The notes under the pieces are model-generated. The model worked only from the letters and a program-made list of their open reading frames with translations, was not told the origin of the DNA and made no database searches. DNA of 63,353 nucleotides from a virus (lineage: Duplodnaviria > Heunggongvirae > Uroviricota > Caudoviricetes): IMG/VR virus record IMGVR_UViG_3300012324_000010. One strand, written 5' to 3'. Position 1 is the stretch's first letter. Each line of letters starts with the position of its first letter. Made by a program: the position numbers and the translations under genes. Below are positions 9,801 to 18,814 of this stretch, piece after piece.

Positions 9801-11377
9801 ATAGAGCTAACATAACTATTGTCATCTTCTACTGTGATATCATAAACTTTTTCTACATTAGAAACCTTTTCAATATCACTTACTTTCCTATACACATACC
9901 CACAAGATAGAAACTCTACTGGTTCTGCAATAAAGTCTCCTACTTTAATATGTGATGATGGTATCCATTGTGGAGTTTGATATCCTATCTTTCCAGGAAC
10001 ATAAAGACCACTTTTTAGCCCTATTGCGCTTTCACTGGGAACTGCATAGATAAGATGCTTTTGTGTTGTAGTGACATAGGATGTAGAACCACTATGGGTA
10101 GCACTGATGCGAACAAGTTCTTCTCCTTCTCCTGTCTCATATTCCATAGTGTTGAGAACCTTTTTTATCTCCCCGGTATGGGTAAGAACCTTGTCCCCTA
10201 TAGTCATATCCTCAATAGACTTTTCTCCTGCAGAAGTCTTTACTACTGTTCCAGCAGTAACACATCCTCTACCAGGACCAGTATGAATTCCATTGCGTGC
10301 TAGCAAGGAAATGATGTTTTCCATAATAAGGAAGTAAGAAGAAAACTGCATTTTTTCAATGACAGAAAGTTCATAGTCAATGCGCTTGGTAACTTCTTCT
10401 GGAATATCACCATTTTCATCACCGTAACGCTTCATATCTTGAGCACCAGCATAAACACGCTCACGCAAAACTTCCACATCAGACTTTTCACCATAGTGTC
10501 CTGCGGGCATAAGATACTTTTTATTATCCCCCATATTCATGGAGAATTCTGTTTTTTCTGCTAGCTCTACAGTGTTAGAAATCGCACCAGGGAAATCTTC
10601 TTCTGGAAAAAGTTCTAGCATCTTTTTTCCAGATTGTAGGAAGTTCTGATCTGATTCAAAACGAAAACGTTTTTCATCAGTTTTCTTTGCACGAGTTCCT
10701 GTGCAGAGAAGGGAATCATGAATATCAGACTCATCTTCTGTACAGTAATGAGAGTCAGTAGTAGCAATCATCTTAAGATCAAATCTTTGTGCAAGATCTC
10801 TTTGATCTCCTAGAATCTTCAATTGATCTTTGATTCCATGATTCTGCAATTCCACATACACATTATCTTTTCCAAAGATATCAATGAGGGTAGATACTTC
10901 TCTTTCTGCAGATTTAACATCTCCCCTAAGAAGGTACTGATTGACAATTCCACCAAGACATGAAGTGGTAACAGTAATACCCTTGTGGTATTTGTCTAGA
11001 ACATCATAATCAATGCGGGGTTTGTAGTAGTATCCATCTTCCCAAGCTACAGTTTGCATTTTAAGAAGGTTTCTATACCCCTCATTGTTATTAGCTAGAA
11101 GGATAAGGTGATAGTATTTTTCTCCAATTTTGTCTGGAGCTTTATAAGTTCTATCTGTAGCAAAATACATCTCACATCCAGGGGTGAATCCAATGCCAGC
11201 ATCTTTGGCTGCTTTATACATGCTAGGAATAGCTGACATGGAACCGTGATCAGTAACAGAGACAGACTTTTGTCCTAAATCTACAATGCGTTGGACAATC
11301 TCTTGTGGAGAGGATAGTCCATCCAAAGTGGAAAAATGTGAATGAACGTGATGATTGACAAAATCTACCTGTGGCAT
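6878..11377 (-). CDS. dnaE: DNA polymerase III alpha subunit with two inteins (likely start MPQVDF at 11377)
   Basis: PHP motifs HVHSHFS, VTDHG, TTDSHY; GPGRG/SAPGS; FERFLNPDRISMPDIDVD; HASG; KFDLLGL; YAFNRSHS. Confidence 0.97.
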   Translation of the reverse strand: MPQVDFVNHHVHSHFSTLDGLSSPQEIVQRIVDLGQKSVSVTDHGSMSAIPSMYKAAKDAGIGFTPGCEMYFATDRTYKAPDKIGEKYYHLILLANNNEGYRNLLKMQTVAWEDGYYYKPRIDYDVLDKYHKGITVTTSCLGGIVNQYLLRGDVKSAEREVSTLIDIFGKDNVYVELQNHGIKDQLKILGDQRDLAQRFDLKMIATTDSHYCTEDESDIHDSLLCTGTRAKKTDEKRFRFESDQNFLQSGKKMLELFPEEDFPGAISNTVELAEKTEFSMNMGDNKKYLMPAGHYGEKSDVEVLRERVYAGAQDMKRYGDENGDIPEEVTKRIDYELSVIEKMQFSSYFLIMENIISLLARNGIHTGPGRGCVTAGTVVKTSAGEKSIEDMTIGDKVLTHTGEIKKVLNTMEYETGEGEELVRISATHSGSTSYVTTTQKHLIYAVPSESAIGLKSGLYVPGKIGYQTPQWIPSSHIKVGDFIAEPVEFLSCGYVYRKVSDIEKVSNVEKVYDITVEDDNSYVSSIGAIHNSAPGSVVVYCLGIVDVDPLEHGLLFERFLNPDRISMPDIDVDIPKSKRQKALELVEEEYGKGHVAHLSNYSKMGMRDSLLRAAKVYGLSPGDANKFRDEIATWCEDYGESLVDFAKRGKAPKEIEKKIISTPHYNSIVKTAAKFIGRIMSYGVHASGILITDTPLDDNFPLRKSDKTQLPVCQFDGTDTESIGGVKFDLLGLINLDECEDTERNILLDLGEEVDSSDLAYDDEEVYNMLSHGNGGGVFQLGCVTGDTIVDGQRIDMMYSLRNSDLSTKEARSLFFGRGYIGNHCVDKVVFSGVKDTIKVSTSHHSITCTPEHHIWTKQGWVKAGDLTDDDYILTVKDDFTYASGVRGLEDIIDLYLSLNPGWERYQGKNPVNVDGLTYYPHVINDKWDRYVCFYPDEAYSTGVKAEEKAQARNDNGDKIVTIMSYGQMVETYVHETTSHDHIISPVGTTWEKVESIEDNGKEKTYDLMMDYPVNNFIANGIVTHNSSGIQSLLRHMQPSEFKHIPAILALYRPGPMGMGTHDEYCERRLGEHESVAMHHDMEEVLGENYNLIIYQEDIMHIARLMAGYTGGEADDLRKAMAKKDPQKMEKHKKKFIPEVNKRYGGKLGNELWDVIEPFGAYAFNRSHSVAYGMITYRTAWLKAHYPAQFSGAVIDQRMSNPDDVFETVSWIKREGIGVYAPDVQRSEMRSVTTSDSIYLPLHIIKGMGAKKAEEIIDERNANGPFKSVVDFAARCKLSKSMIINMAKAGAFDSMGANRAAVISKAEEIIDASKSHKSVMDLKQGLFGSMISSSHKGHEVDVSEDPIIITVDGEDIEVDDTVRSQWERDIMGVLIGTHPFEALRDEPYFQNMFTIYPPIDEYTQASRNAQFCGYIYNISNRVSGKGNPYCSFMIETDRASVPALRFKEPIDESHEGAFIKVEGAIENDSTGDGDDFTPKALCNKIIKVDVKKRLNDDKE
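8300..9031 (-). other. Intein 2 in DnaE (244 aa)
   Basis: GVFQLG|CVTGDT ... CTPEHHIWT ... TYDLMM ... NNFIANGIVTHN|SSG. Confidence 0.93.
9785..10264 (-). other. Intein 1 in DnaE (160 aa mini-intein)
   Basis: GPGRG|CVTAGT ... TTQKHLI ... VYDITVEDDNSYV ... IHN|SAPGS; no homing endonuclease. Confidence 0.93.
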
Positions 11378-11417
11378 TGAATTCTCTTTCTGGTTGTTGT
11401 GTATATGCTTCCTGTGC

Positions 11418-12881
11418 TTACTCAAAGAATGTATCAATCCATTCTATCACTTCATTGTAGGAAGAAAAATCAGCTTTTCCTGGATTGTCATCTACTAATC
11501 GTGCTAATGCTGAAATATGAATAACGTTATCCATATCACATTTATTGTGAAGATAATCAAAAGTTTCACTATCTTGAGCAATAACTATTGTGCTCTCTAT
11601 ACCCTCTAGAACCTCTTGTACAGTCCTAGAATCATCTTCTGGTACTTCTGTATCATAAAGAGGATAAATAGCCCCAGAAACGCTCTCAGTGGTGTTATTG
11701 ACAGTGATGGAGATGGGAATAGTGAAAGATTCATCCATGCGTTCATAAGGTGCTGTGAGATCACAGCTAATCACTGAGAAATCTTCATTTTCTACAATGT
11801 CAAGAAAATCATCTGTGACAAAATAACCTTCATTATCATGTCCGTAATATGTTCTAATATCCTTTTTTTCTTTCCTCAACTTCGGTGACCTAGACCACAA
11901 TGAATCATGATTATCCATATAATTAGACATGTCTTCCCATGCTTTTTCAATAACGCTCATATAAGTATCACTGGTGATTTTTTCTGTTAAGTCAGTTCCA
12001 TCTACAGTTTCATCAGCATCAATAGAAAAAACATCAAAAGTTCCATCATCAAAACGCACTACCACCTTGGCATAATCTAGCCCTGTAGCATTGAGATACC
12101 ACAGCACCTGTGCTCTATAATGGGTAGGAACTCCCCATTGCCATGTCCATGTTCTAGAAGAGGTTTTACACTCTACAATACCTTCTGGATTGCCTTTGTC
12201 ATCAACAATGATTCCATCTACGTTGATAACTTGCAAAGGGTGTTTTCCCCTCCATGTTTTTTTAGACACTGCAACATTGTATCCATGGGTAAGAGACAAC
12301 CATACTAGTGATACTGGCTCCCATTGGTGACCACGGTATAGCACTCCTTCTTGTGGAATGGAAGCATGAATTACAGGAGTCATTTTTTCAATAGCCATAT
12401 CTGTAATCATTTCTTCTCTTTCAGCATCATCCATCATGATAGGAGATCCATTATGAGACATCCAATGAAATCCTAGAACTTTAGATACACTAGATCCACC
12501 AATACCCTTGCGGCGCAAGTTGTGCCAATCAGCAGAAAGCTCTGGAACACCATCAATAACAGTGGCATCACCAAGAGTATCTTCATCATAATCGATAAGA
12601 ATACCTGACTCTTCTGCAATTTCACATGCTAAAGTTGCAGCTGCATCATGGATAGAATCTTTAGCTTTTTTTGATTCCCTAGTCAAAGCAGCATTTCTCA
12701 TAATAGAGATTTTAGATTCTTTATCTTTTTGAGAATCCTTCCACTGCTGATCATAGTCTTCCCATGTTTTATGAGATGAAACAACATCTTCATGCTGGGA
12801 AATAGCTACAAGAGTTTCCAACACTTCTTCTTTATCTGTAGAACCTACTACATGATTGTAGTCATAAACAACTTTTTCCAT
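11418..12881 (-). CDS. YqaJ-like (lambda-exonuclease family) nuclease; the longer ORF-track call runs into the IS
   Basis: WHNLRRKGIGGSS, RGHQWEP, NVDGII, VECKT, HYRAQVLWYL. Confidence 0.88.
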   Translation of the reverse strand: MEKVVYDYNHVVGSTDKEEVLETLVAISQHEDVVSSHKTWEDYDQQWKDSQKDKESKISIMRNAALTRESKKAKDSIHDAAATLACEIAEESGILIDYDEDTLGDATVIDGVPELSADWHNLRRKGIGGSSVSKVLGFHWMSHNGSPIMMDDAEREEMITDMAIEKMTPVIHASIPQEGVLYRGHQWEPVSLVWLSLTHGYNVAVSKKTWRGKHPLQVINVDGIIVDDKGNPEGIVECKTSSRTWTWQWGVPTHYRAQVLWYLNATGLDYAKVVVRFDDGTFDVFSIDADETVDGTDLTEKITSDTYMSVIEKAWEDMSNYMDNHDSLWSRSPKLRKEKKDIRTYYGHDNEGYFVTDDFLDIVENEDFSVISCDLTAPYERMDESFTIPISITVNNTTESVSGAIYPLYDTEVPEDDSRTVQEVLEGIESTIVIAQDSETFDYLHNKCDMDNVIHISALARLVDDNPGKADFSSYNEVIEWIDTFFE

Positions 12882-12888
12882 TTCTAAT

Positions 12889-14276
12889 AGACCCACAGGG
12901 CACCACGGGGCTTGTCCCCGTGTGGGGAATGTGGATACCTCCATTCTATCATAGGCAATTTGTGCAAACTTTCCACTTGTATTATATACTATCATTGTTG
13001 ATTGGAAAAGGAAAGGTTGTGTAAAAAGATGCAGCAAGTTATCATAGCTCAAGTGCAGATACACCCAGGTGATTATGCACAGCTATGTGATGATAGCATG
13101 TATGCATATATGCAATCTTGCAATGAAGTTTCTAGTTTTATCTTTAAAAATAAAACTCTTCATTTTGCTTCAATCAGCAACAAGATCTACAAGGATCTCA
13201 GAAGAAAATATGGTCTTAATGCACAAGAGACACAATCTAGCATTAGAACTGTGATTGCTTCTTATAAAACCATTCATGCTACTGAGAAAAAGTGGTCTAT
13301 TCAACCACAATATTCACAACCACAACTCAAACTTCTTTTCAATAGAGACTATTCTTTCAAAAGTGATGGAACCATATCCTTGTCATTGAAAGATAAAAAT
13401 AGAGTGAGAGTCAATGTTTCTGATAAGGCAAACATTGAAAACTGGAAGGATATTGGGGTTAAATATGGCACTGCTACTCTAAGGGAAAAGAATGGTAAAT
13501 ACTACTTAGATATTCCTATTGCTATCAATGTAGAACAACACACACCTTGTACTGTTGTAGGAATTGATGTAGGAATGAGATTTTTGGCTACAACTTATGA
13601 CTCCTCTGGTCATAGTAAGTTTTTCAAAGGAGGTGAAGTTAAAAATAAGCGCGCTCATTATAAGGCTCTTCGTTCACAGTTGCAAAGAAAGCAAACACCT
13701 TCTGCTAGAAAGAGACTAAAAAGCATAGGAAAAAGAGAAAACGGCTGGATGACTGATATAAACCATCAGGTATCAAGGGCACTTGTTGACTCCTATAGCA
13801 AACCAACTCTTTTTGTTTTAGAAGATTTAACTGGCATTAAAGACAACTCTGTGAAAGTTTGTAAAAATAATAGATACTATCATGTATCTTGGGCATATTA
13901 CCAGCTAAGACAGTTTATTGAGTACAAAGCTAAACTAGCAGGACACACTACTATTGCAGTAGATCCACACTACACATCACAAATGTGTCCAAAGTGTATG
14001 GTAGTTGATAAAAGATCACGTAATAAAAAGATGCATGAGTTTAGATGTATAAACTGTGGATATAGATCTAATGATGATAGAGTTGCTGCTATGAACTTAC
14101 ACCTGTTGGGAAGGTTGCATCTTCTCACAGGAATGCTAGGGCAAGACCTTAGTATTCAGGGCTTAGTCAACAGCCCTTATGTTTCCACAATTCAAGGTGG
14201 GAGCAAATCTTAAAAGATTTGCGCTATCACCACTGGTGAGAAACAAACCACGGGGCTTGCCCCCGTGGTGGTTGAT
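12889..14276 (+). mobile_element. IS200/IS605-family, TnpB-only (IS1341-like) element; ends approximate
   Basis: Near-identical subterminal hairpins ACCACGGGG-CTTG(T/C)-CCCCGTG at 12902-12922 and 14247-14267 flank tnpB; no tnpA; no terminal inverted repeats. Confidence 0.85.
13029..14213 (+). CDS. tnpB: RNA-guided endonuclease TnpB
   Basis: RuvC VGIDVG, FVLEDL, NDDRVAAMNL; YTSQMCPKC ... CINC zinc finger; catalytic D-E-D present. Confidence 0.93.
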   Translation: MQQVIIAQVQIHPGDYAQLCDDSMYAYMQSCNEVSSFIFKNKTLHFASISNKIYKDLRRKYGLNAQETQSSIRTVIASYKTIHATEKKWSIQPQYSQPQLKLLFNRDYSFKSDGTISLSLKDKNRVRVNVSDKANIENWKDIGVKYGTATLREKNGKYYLDIPIAINVEQHTPCTVVGIDVGMRFLATTYDSSGHSKFFKGGEVKNKRAHYKALRSQLQRKQTPSARKRLKSIGKRENGWMTDINHQVSRALVDSYSKPTLFVLEDLTGIKDNSVKVCKNNRYYHVSWAYYQLRQFIEYKAKLAGHTTIAVDPHYTSQMCPKCMVVDKRSRNKKMHEFRCINCGYRSNDDRVAAMNLHLLGRLHLLTGMLGQDLSIQGLVNSPYVSTIQGGSKS

Positions 14277-14292
14277 AGATGATACACCCTTA
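14140..14292 (+). ncRNA. Predicted TnpB omegaRNA/reRNA (5' boundary uncertain; guide from flank AGATGATACACCCTTA)
   Basis: Inferred from the established architecture of TnpB elements: scaffold covers the tnpB 3' end and right-end hairpin, guide comes from the flank. Confidence 0.5.
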
Positions 14293-14351
14293 TATTAAAT
14301 GATAAATACTATATTTTCTACCTTCACATTCTACTACAGAAGGCACAAAAG

Positions 14352-14912
14352 TTAAAAAGAAGGACGTTGCATCCTCAAAGGTGTTTGTTTCCCATTATCA
14401 TTGCTGTACCCTCTAGGAAGCCATTTCCCAGGGGTGGGAAGTTTGGAAGAATAACCATAATGATGCTTTCTCCTCCAACCTAGTGCTTTTGTCTGCAAAG
14501 AAGTAGGAATAGTATCACTTTTCCTCCTATTGCACTGAGGACAAAGCATTACTAGATTATCCATGGTAGTAGCCCCACCTTTACTATGTGGATACCAATG
14601 ATCACCATGGAGATCTACACCAGTATATCCACACCTGAAAAATAGTCCTGTTCCCTCACATCTATTTTCACACTGTCTAGATAGCTGAGATTTTTCTTTT
14701 GCAGTAAAAACTCTTTTTGCATCCCTATGGGAATCATCTTTTTTTCTGTGTGCAATAACAGTAAAGAAATGTTCTATCTTGCTTGCCACTCCAACAATGA
14801 TGAAGATGAAAAACACAGTGATCGTTGCCATAATAACAAAAGGGGGAATAGCAGGTATTAGAGTAGTAAGATAGTGAAAAATCTCTCCTGCTTCATGCAA
14901 ACTAATATACAT
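14352..14912 (-). CDS. Membrane-anchored HNH endonuclease
   Basis: N-terminal TM; RCEG..C; DHWYPHSKGGATTMDNLVMLCPQCNRRKSD. Confidence 0.88.
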   Translation of the reverse strand: MYISLHEAGEIFHYLTTLIPAIPPFVIMATITVFFIFIIVGVASKIEHFFTVIAHRKKDDSHRDAKRVFTAKEKSQLSRQCENRCEGTGLFFRCGYTGVDLHGDHWYPHSKGGATTMDNLVMLCPQCNRRKSDTIPTSLQTKALGWRRKHHYGYSSKLPTPGKWLPRGYSNDNGKQTPLRMQRPSF

Positions 14913-14958
14913 GTGCTAAAACTTTCTTATTGGAAATAATATGCAAAAAACCTATCTA

Positions 14959-15447
14959 CTACTGTACAAAATTTAATACATATTGGTTATCCCTTTGCAC
15001 TACCCATGCAGTAGACATGACACGTGCTGGGTTATACACAGGATTAAATGATGTATCCCAGTCTCCTCGAATAGCTTGATCATTTCCCTTAAACAACTTA
15101 TATACTTCAACATCATTATCACCAGAAACATGGTTGCCATCATAAAGGAAACCAGTAATGTCAAATGGTGCTGCAATATTGTAAATATCACACAAAGCAC
15201 CATAAAGCTTCTTAGTCATATCATGCGCAGGGGAAACAGGGTTTTCAAAAACACCTTCAATGGTTAGGTGCATTTCCTTAAACCACTGAGAATCAGGATG
15301 AGAATAAGAAACGTTCATCCACTCATAATCTTCTACAATCTTATTGACAGGATTCTTGATGTCATCCCAGTTAGGATTAGACCTTCCTGGAAGAGTGTAG
15401 CGAAGCTTAATATTGAAATTATCAATCATAGGGTTGTTGTTAGTCAC
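14959..15447 (-). CDS. Hypothetical protein
   Basis: 162 aa, GTG start with AAGGAG RBS. Confidence 0.7.
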   Translation of the reverse strand: MTNNNPMIDNFNIKLRYTLPGRSNPNWDDIKNPVNKIVEDYEWMNVSYSHPDSQWFKEMHLTIEGVFENPVSPAHDMTKKLYGALCDIYNIAAPFDITGFLYDGNHVSGDNDVEVYKLFKGNDQAIRGDWDTSFNPVYNPARVMSTAWVVQRDNQYVLNFVQ

Positions 15448-15583
15448 TTTTTTCTCCTTGTCTATGTTTTCTTATGTGATAAAAACAAGAATAGACAAAG
15501 AGAATGAAACTTTCAAATTTTTACATTTTTCAACCCTAATATAGGGGTAGGAGATATTTGTGTCCCTTTATATATAAGAGATG

Positions 15584-15626
15584 AAAACACTCCCCTTGCA
15601 GCATAAAATGTACAAGAGGAGTATTT
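15584..15626 (-). terminator. Terminator-like hairpin
   Basis: AAACACTCCCCTTG ... CAAGAGGAGTATTT after ORF 15642-17468. Confidence 0.5.
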
Positions 15627-15641
15627 AAAAACTAGAAAGTT

Positions 15642-17468
15642 TTATAATGACGCTGCTTCAATAATATCATCAAGAAGATCATTGGTTTTTGCACCAATAG
15701 TAACAACATCAACATCATTGTCTGATGCTTCACGAAGAAGGTTGTTAACAGTATCTACAATGAGATTATATCCTTGAGAACCTTTGTCAAACTTCTTAGA
15801 GATTTCACTAGTGATAACCTCAGGACCAACTACTACCACAGCACATCCAGGATGCTTATAAGCTTCATTGAGAACAGTACGTGCATCTAGTGGAGAAATA
15901 TCACCCTCAGGAAGATCAACAAACTGCTCTTTAACAGTGGATGGCAAAATAGCATGTCCAGACTTATTCTCTGTAAAATCAAAGACATACACTTCACGGT
16001 TGTCTAGTACAAGAGAAATCTCTTTGGTGAAAGTATCATTGTCTTCACAATCTTCAAAAACAATAGGGGTTACATTGATTGCAGCACCCTGTGGTTGAGA
16101 AGAAGTCTCACCATTGACCAAAACTGTGTTGTCTTCATTTGACTTTGCATCAGGATTGTCAATTTCCCCTTCTGCAGGTCCTCTGTCTAGATCATCTTTT
16201 TCTAGATCATCAAAAACATCATCTTCTCTTTCTGCTTCATCACTTGATGAATCATCTTCATTTTCTAGTGGAGAGAAGTAAGAGTCAAGATCATCAATGA
16301 CATCATTACTATTGTCATCTTCATCTACCTGAGAATAACCATTGTCTTCTGCTACCTCAACAACAGAATCTTTGCTAAAGTCTTCAGGATCTTGTCCCTT
16401 TTCTACTTCCTCATCAAAAGCTTCTTCGCTGTCAATAAATGCAAAGTCTTCATCATCTGGAACCTCATTAGCATCCCCACGCTCTTCTGTAGATGGTTCA
16501 AACTCTGCAGAACCATCTTGAGTTTCTTCAGGATGCTCATCTTCTTTGTCACTTACCAGAAAATCAAAGTCTTCCTCTGTGACATCATGCTCATCAGCAT
16601 TCACATCATCTTGAGTATTCTCTTCTTCAGGAGGAAGAGGAACATTAGAAGCGTCAGGAAGAGATACAGGTGAAGCACCTGGAGGAAGTGGAGCAACATA
16701 GTCATTGTCATCCTCTTCTACAATATTGTCTTCTTCTTCATCATCCTCAAGGAATCCACGGAAGTCATGTTTTTCAGAACCCTCTACAAGCACTCCCTTA
16801 CCTTCAAGTTCAAGATCTTCTAGACCAGGTTCATCAACAATGACTTTTTCTGCATCATTATTCTCTTCAGCATTATCCTCTTCTAGAGTGTTCTCTTCAG
16901 CATTATCCTCTTCTAGAGATTCAGTGTCTTCTTTCGCATCTTCAGAATCATTGACTTCTGGTGTTTTTTCATCAAGATCTTTATCTTCTTCACTGTTGTC
17001 TTCATTTAGGGAATCCTCGTCCTCAGAAGAAGTATCTACAGTTCTCTCATCATCTTCTGATGAGAAGTTATCATTAGAAAAGGAGTCATCTTCTTTATCA
17101 GGTGATTTTTGGGCTTCTTCATAAGCATCTTTTTCAGGAGAAAAATCACCACGAAGCCTATCCATAGAATTAGAGATATCTTCATTGTCTTCTAAGATAT
17201 CCCCAGTAGTAGAATCAGACTCTTCTGCCTTTGTTTCATTTGCATCTTCTTTATCCTGTGCATTGTTTTCCTGTGAAGAATCCTTAATATCTTCTACATT
17301 GTCAGCAATAGCATCTTTTGCTTCATTGAATTTATCAGAAGCAGCACCTGAAATATCTTCTGCTTTATCTTTGATAGCATCACCAATAGACTCTGCAGAA
17401 TAACTAGATGTGCGGTTGTCATTGGTTGAGTTTTTGGAACTCTTTTTTGATTTGAAAAATGAAAACAT
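15642..17468 (-). CDS. Very acidic, largely disordered protein with an embedded FtsK-derived peptide and a possible degenerate P-loop C-terminal domain
   Basis: D/E-rich; contains KVIVDEPGLEDLELEGKGVLVEGSEKHDFRGFL; alpha/beta-like C-terminus. Confidence 0.75.
   Translation of the reverse strand: MFSFFKSKKSSKNSTNDNRTSSYSAESIGDAIKDKAEDISGAASDKFNEAKDAIADNVEDIKDSSQENNAQDKEDANETKAEESDSTTGDILEDNEDISNSMDRLRGDFSPEKDAYEEAQKSPDKEDDSFSNDNFSSEDDERTVDTSSEDEDSLNEDNSEEDKDLDEKTPEVNDSEDAKEDTESLEEDNAEENTLEEDNAEENNDAEKVIVDEPGLEDLELEGKGVLVEGSEKHDFRGFLEDDEEEDNIVEEDDNDYVAPLPPGASPVSLPDASNVPLPPEEENTQDDVNADEHDVTEEDFDFLVSDKEDEHPEETQDGSAEFEPSTEERGDANEVPDDEDFAFIDSEEAFDEEVEKGQDPEDFSKDSVVEVAEDNGYSQVDEDDNSNDVIDDLDSYFSPLENEDDSSSDEAEREDDVFDDLEKDDLDRGPAEGEIDNPDAKSNEDNTVLVNGETSSQPQGAAINVTPIVFEDCEDNDTFTKEISLVLDNREVYVFDFTENKSGHAILPSTVKEQFVDLPEGDISPLDARTVLNEAYKHPGCAVVVVGPEVITSEISKKFDKGSQGYNLIVDTVNNLLREASDNDVDVVTIGAKTNDLLDDIIEAASL
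16749..16847 (-). repeat. Dispersed 99-bp repeat, copy 2
   Basis: 88/99 identical to 509-607, same reading frame. Confidence 0.9.
16861..16918 (-). repeat. 30-bp-period tandem duplication (LEEDNAEEN x2)
   Basis: TTCTCTTCAGCATTATCCTCTTCTAGAG twice, next to repeat copy 2. Confidence 0.85.
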
Positions 17469-17620
17469 AGATTATCCTTTTCATATTCTTGTTTCTTTTG
17501 TACTAATGGTGATAGAAGATTGGAAAAACCGCACTTCACAACCGTTGCAAATAACTTTAACACATAATATGACCATATTGTATCTTGAGGTTTTTTCACC
17601 TTATTGAAAAACTGTTTCCT

Positions 17621-18772
17621 TTACTTCTTCTCACTTTTAGTTGCAGATGTGCTAGATGTTGTTTTGCTAGGTTCCTGGGAAGAAGTTGATGTAGTTGAAG
17701 ATTCTGCAGAACCATCTTTAGCATCTGATTCTCCCTGTGGAATAACTCTTTTATCTTCTTGCATATCAATCTGTGCTTTGGTATAAGGATCATTAGGATC
17801 TAGAACAATACTGGATACAATGTCTTCACAGGAAGATCTGCGCTCTTTGATAGATTCATCCTGACTATCTTGAGGAGTGTTATCAAGATAGCTCTTACAT
17901 CTGCGCACAGAAACTATATTCCTTACCTTGTCAGATTTAGCTAACTCTTCACCTTTTTCTTTTTTAAGCTTATCTTTATCAATCATCATATTTTCACAAG
18001 ATTCAAGTTCTGATACAGCTTTCAATGTAGCAACATTGTCAAATGTATCATCACTGAAGTTTTGAGAAATAGTTTGACTTATCTGTCCATTGAGATTATT
18101 GATTTCACCATTAGTGTTTTCAATTCCATCTCTAATACCATTGAAGTTATAACTAGCAATGCTATTGAGATTGCTTTGCAAAGACTCTAATGCTGAAGCA
18201 TACCCTTCAAAAGCAGAAGCTATACCACGAGATGCAGTACTGACATTTCCATCTACTTCATTTCCTACTTTAAGATTACTATCTCCTGGCATAGTGTTTT
18301 TCTCATCTTGTTGAGCTTTAGCTAGAGAAGTTTCTGGAAGTTGAGAGAAATCATCAGCAATATCATCTAGTCTTTTAAGATTTCTATTAATATCCCAAGA
18401 AATAAACTTTCTTGCTTTGACTGGGTTTGTTTCATTACCAGTGGGTTTAAGCTCTAGTCTATTTTCTCCTAGATCTTCTACCAATGAACATGTCTTATCA
18501 GCCCATGCTACTTGCTGTAGATTAACAAGATCTACTTGTAAGTTTTGAGGTGCTTCTGGAGTAGTAGATATTGCTACTGTCTCTTCTTGTTCTTTTCCAT
18601 CTTCTCCTCCAGATACAGCTGCAACTCCAATAACCAATCCAATAATAGCAACTATTCCTGCTGGAATAGCCCAGTTATTTTTCTTCTTCTCTTTTTTATC
18701 TTTGTCTTTTTTCTCACTAACATCCTCATCATCAAAGAGAATGGATAGATCATTGAAGTCCATATCACTCAT
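17621..18772 (-). CDS. Single-TM helical extracytoplasmic protein
   Basis: TM WAIPAGIVAIIGLVIGVAAV; helical body; S/T-rich tail; AAGGAG RBS. Confidence 0.75.
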   Translation of the reverse strand: MSDMDFNDLSILFDDEDVSEKKDKDKKEKKKNNWAIPAGIVAIIGLVIGVAAVSGGEDGKEQEETVAISTTPEAPQNLQVDLVNLQQVAWADKTCSLVEDLGENRLELKPTGNETNPVKARKFISWDINRNLKRLDDIADDFSQLPETSLAKAQQDEKNTMPGDSNLKVGNEVDGNVSTASRGIASAFEGYASALESLQSNLNSIASYNFNGIRDGIENTNGEINNLNGQISQTISQNFSDDTFDNVATLKAVSELESCENMMIDKDKLKKEKGEELAKSDKVRNIVSVRRCKSYLDNTPQDSQDESIKERRSSCEDIVSSIVLDPNDPYTKAQIDMQEDKRVIPQGESDAKDGSAESSTTSTSSQEPSKTTSSTSATKSEKK

Positions 18773-18814
18773 TTATGTGCTCTCCTTGGTCTTATAGTCA
18801 TCTTCATGTCCCTT

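Noticed and set aside
12882..13064. N-terminal 61 aa of the 548 aa ORF-track call
   Set aside because: It runs through the IS left-end hairpin and overlaps tnpB antisense, so it is probably not native yqaJ sequence
509..16847. 99-bp repeat pair as a diversity-generating retroelement TR/VR
   Set aside because: Mismatches are not confined to adenines of one copy, both copies are coding, and no reverse transcriptase is present in the window
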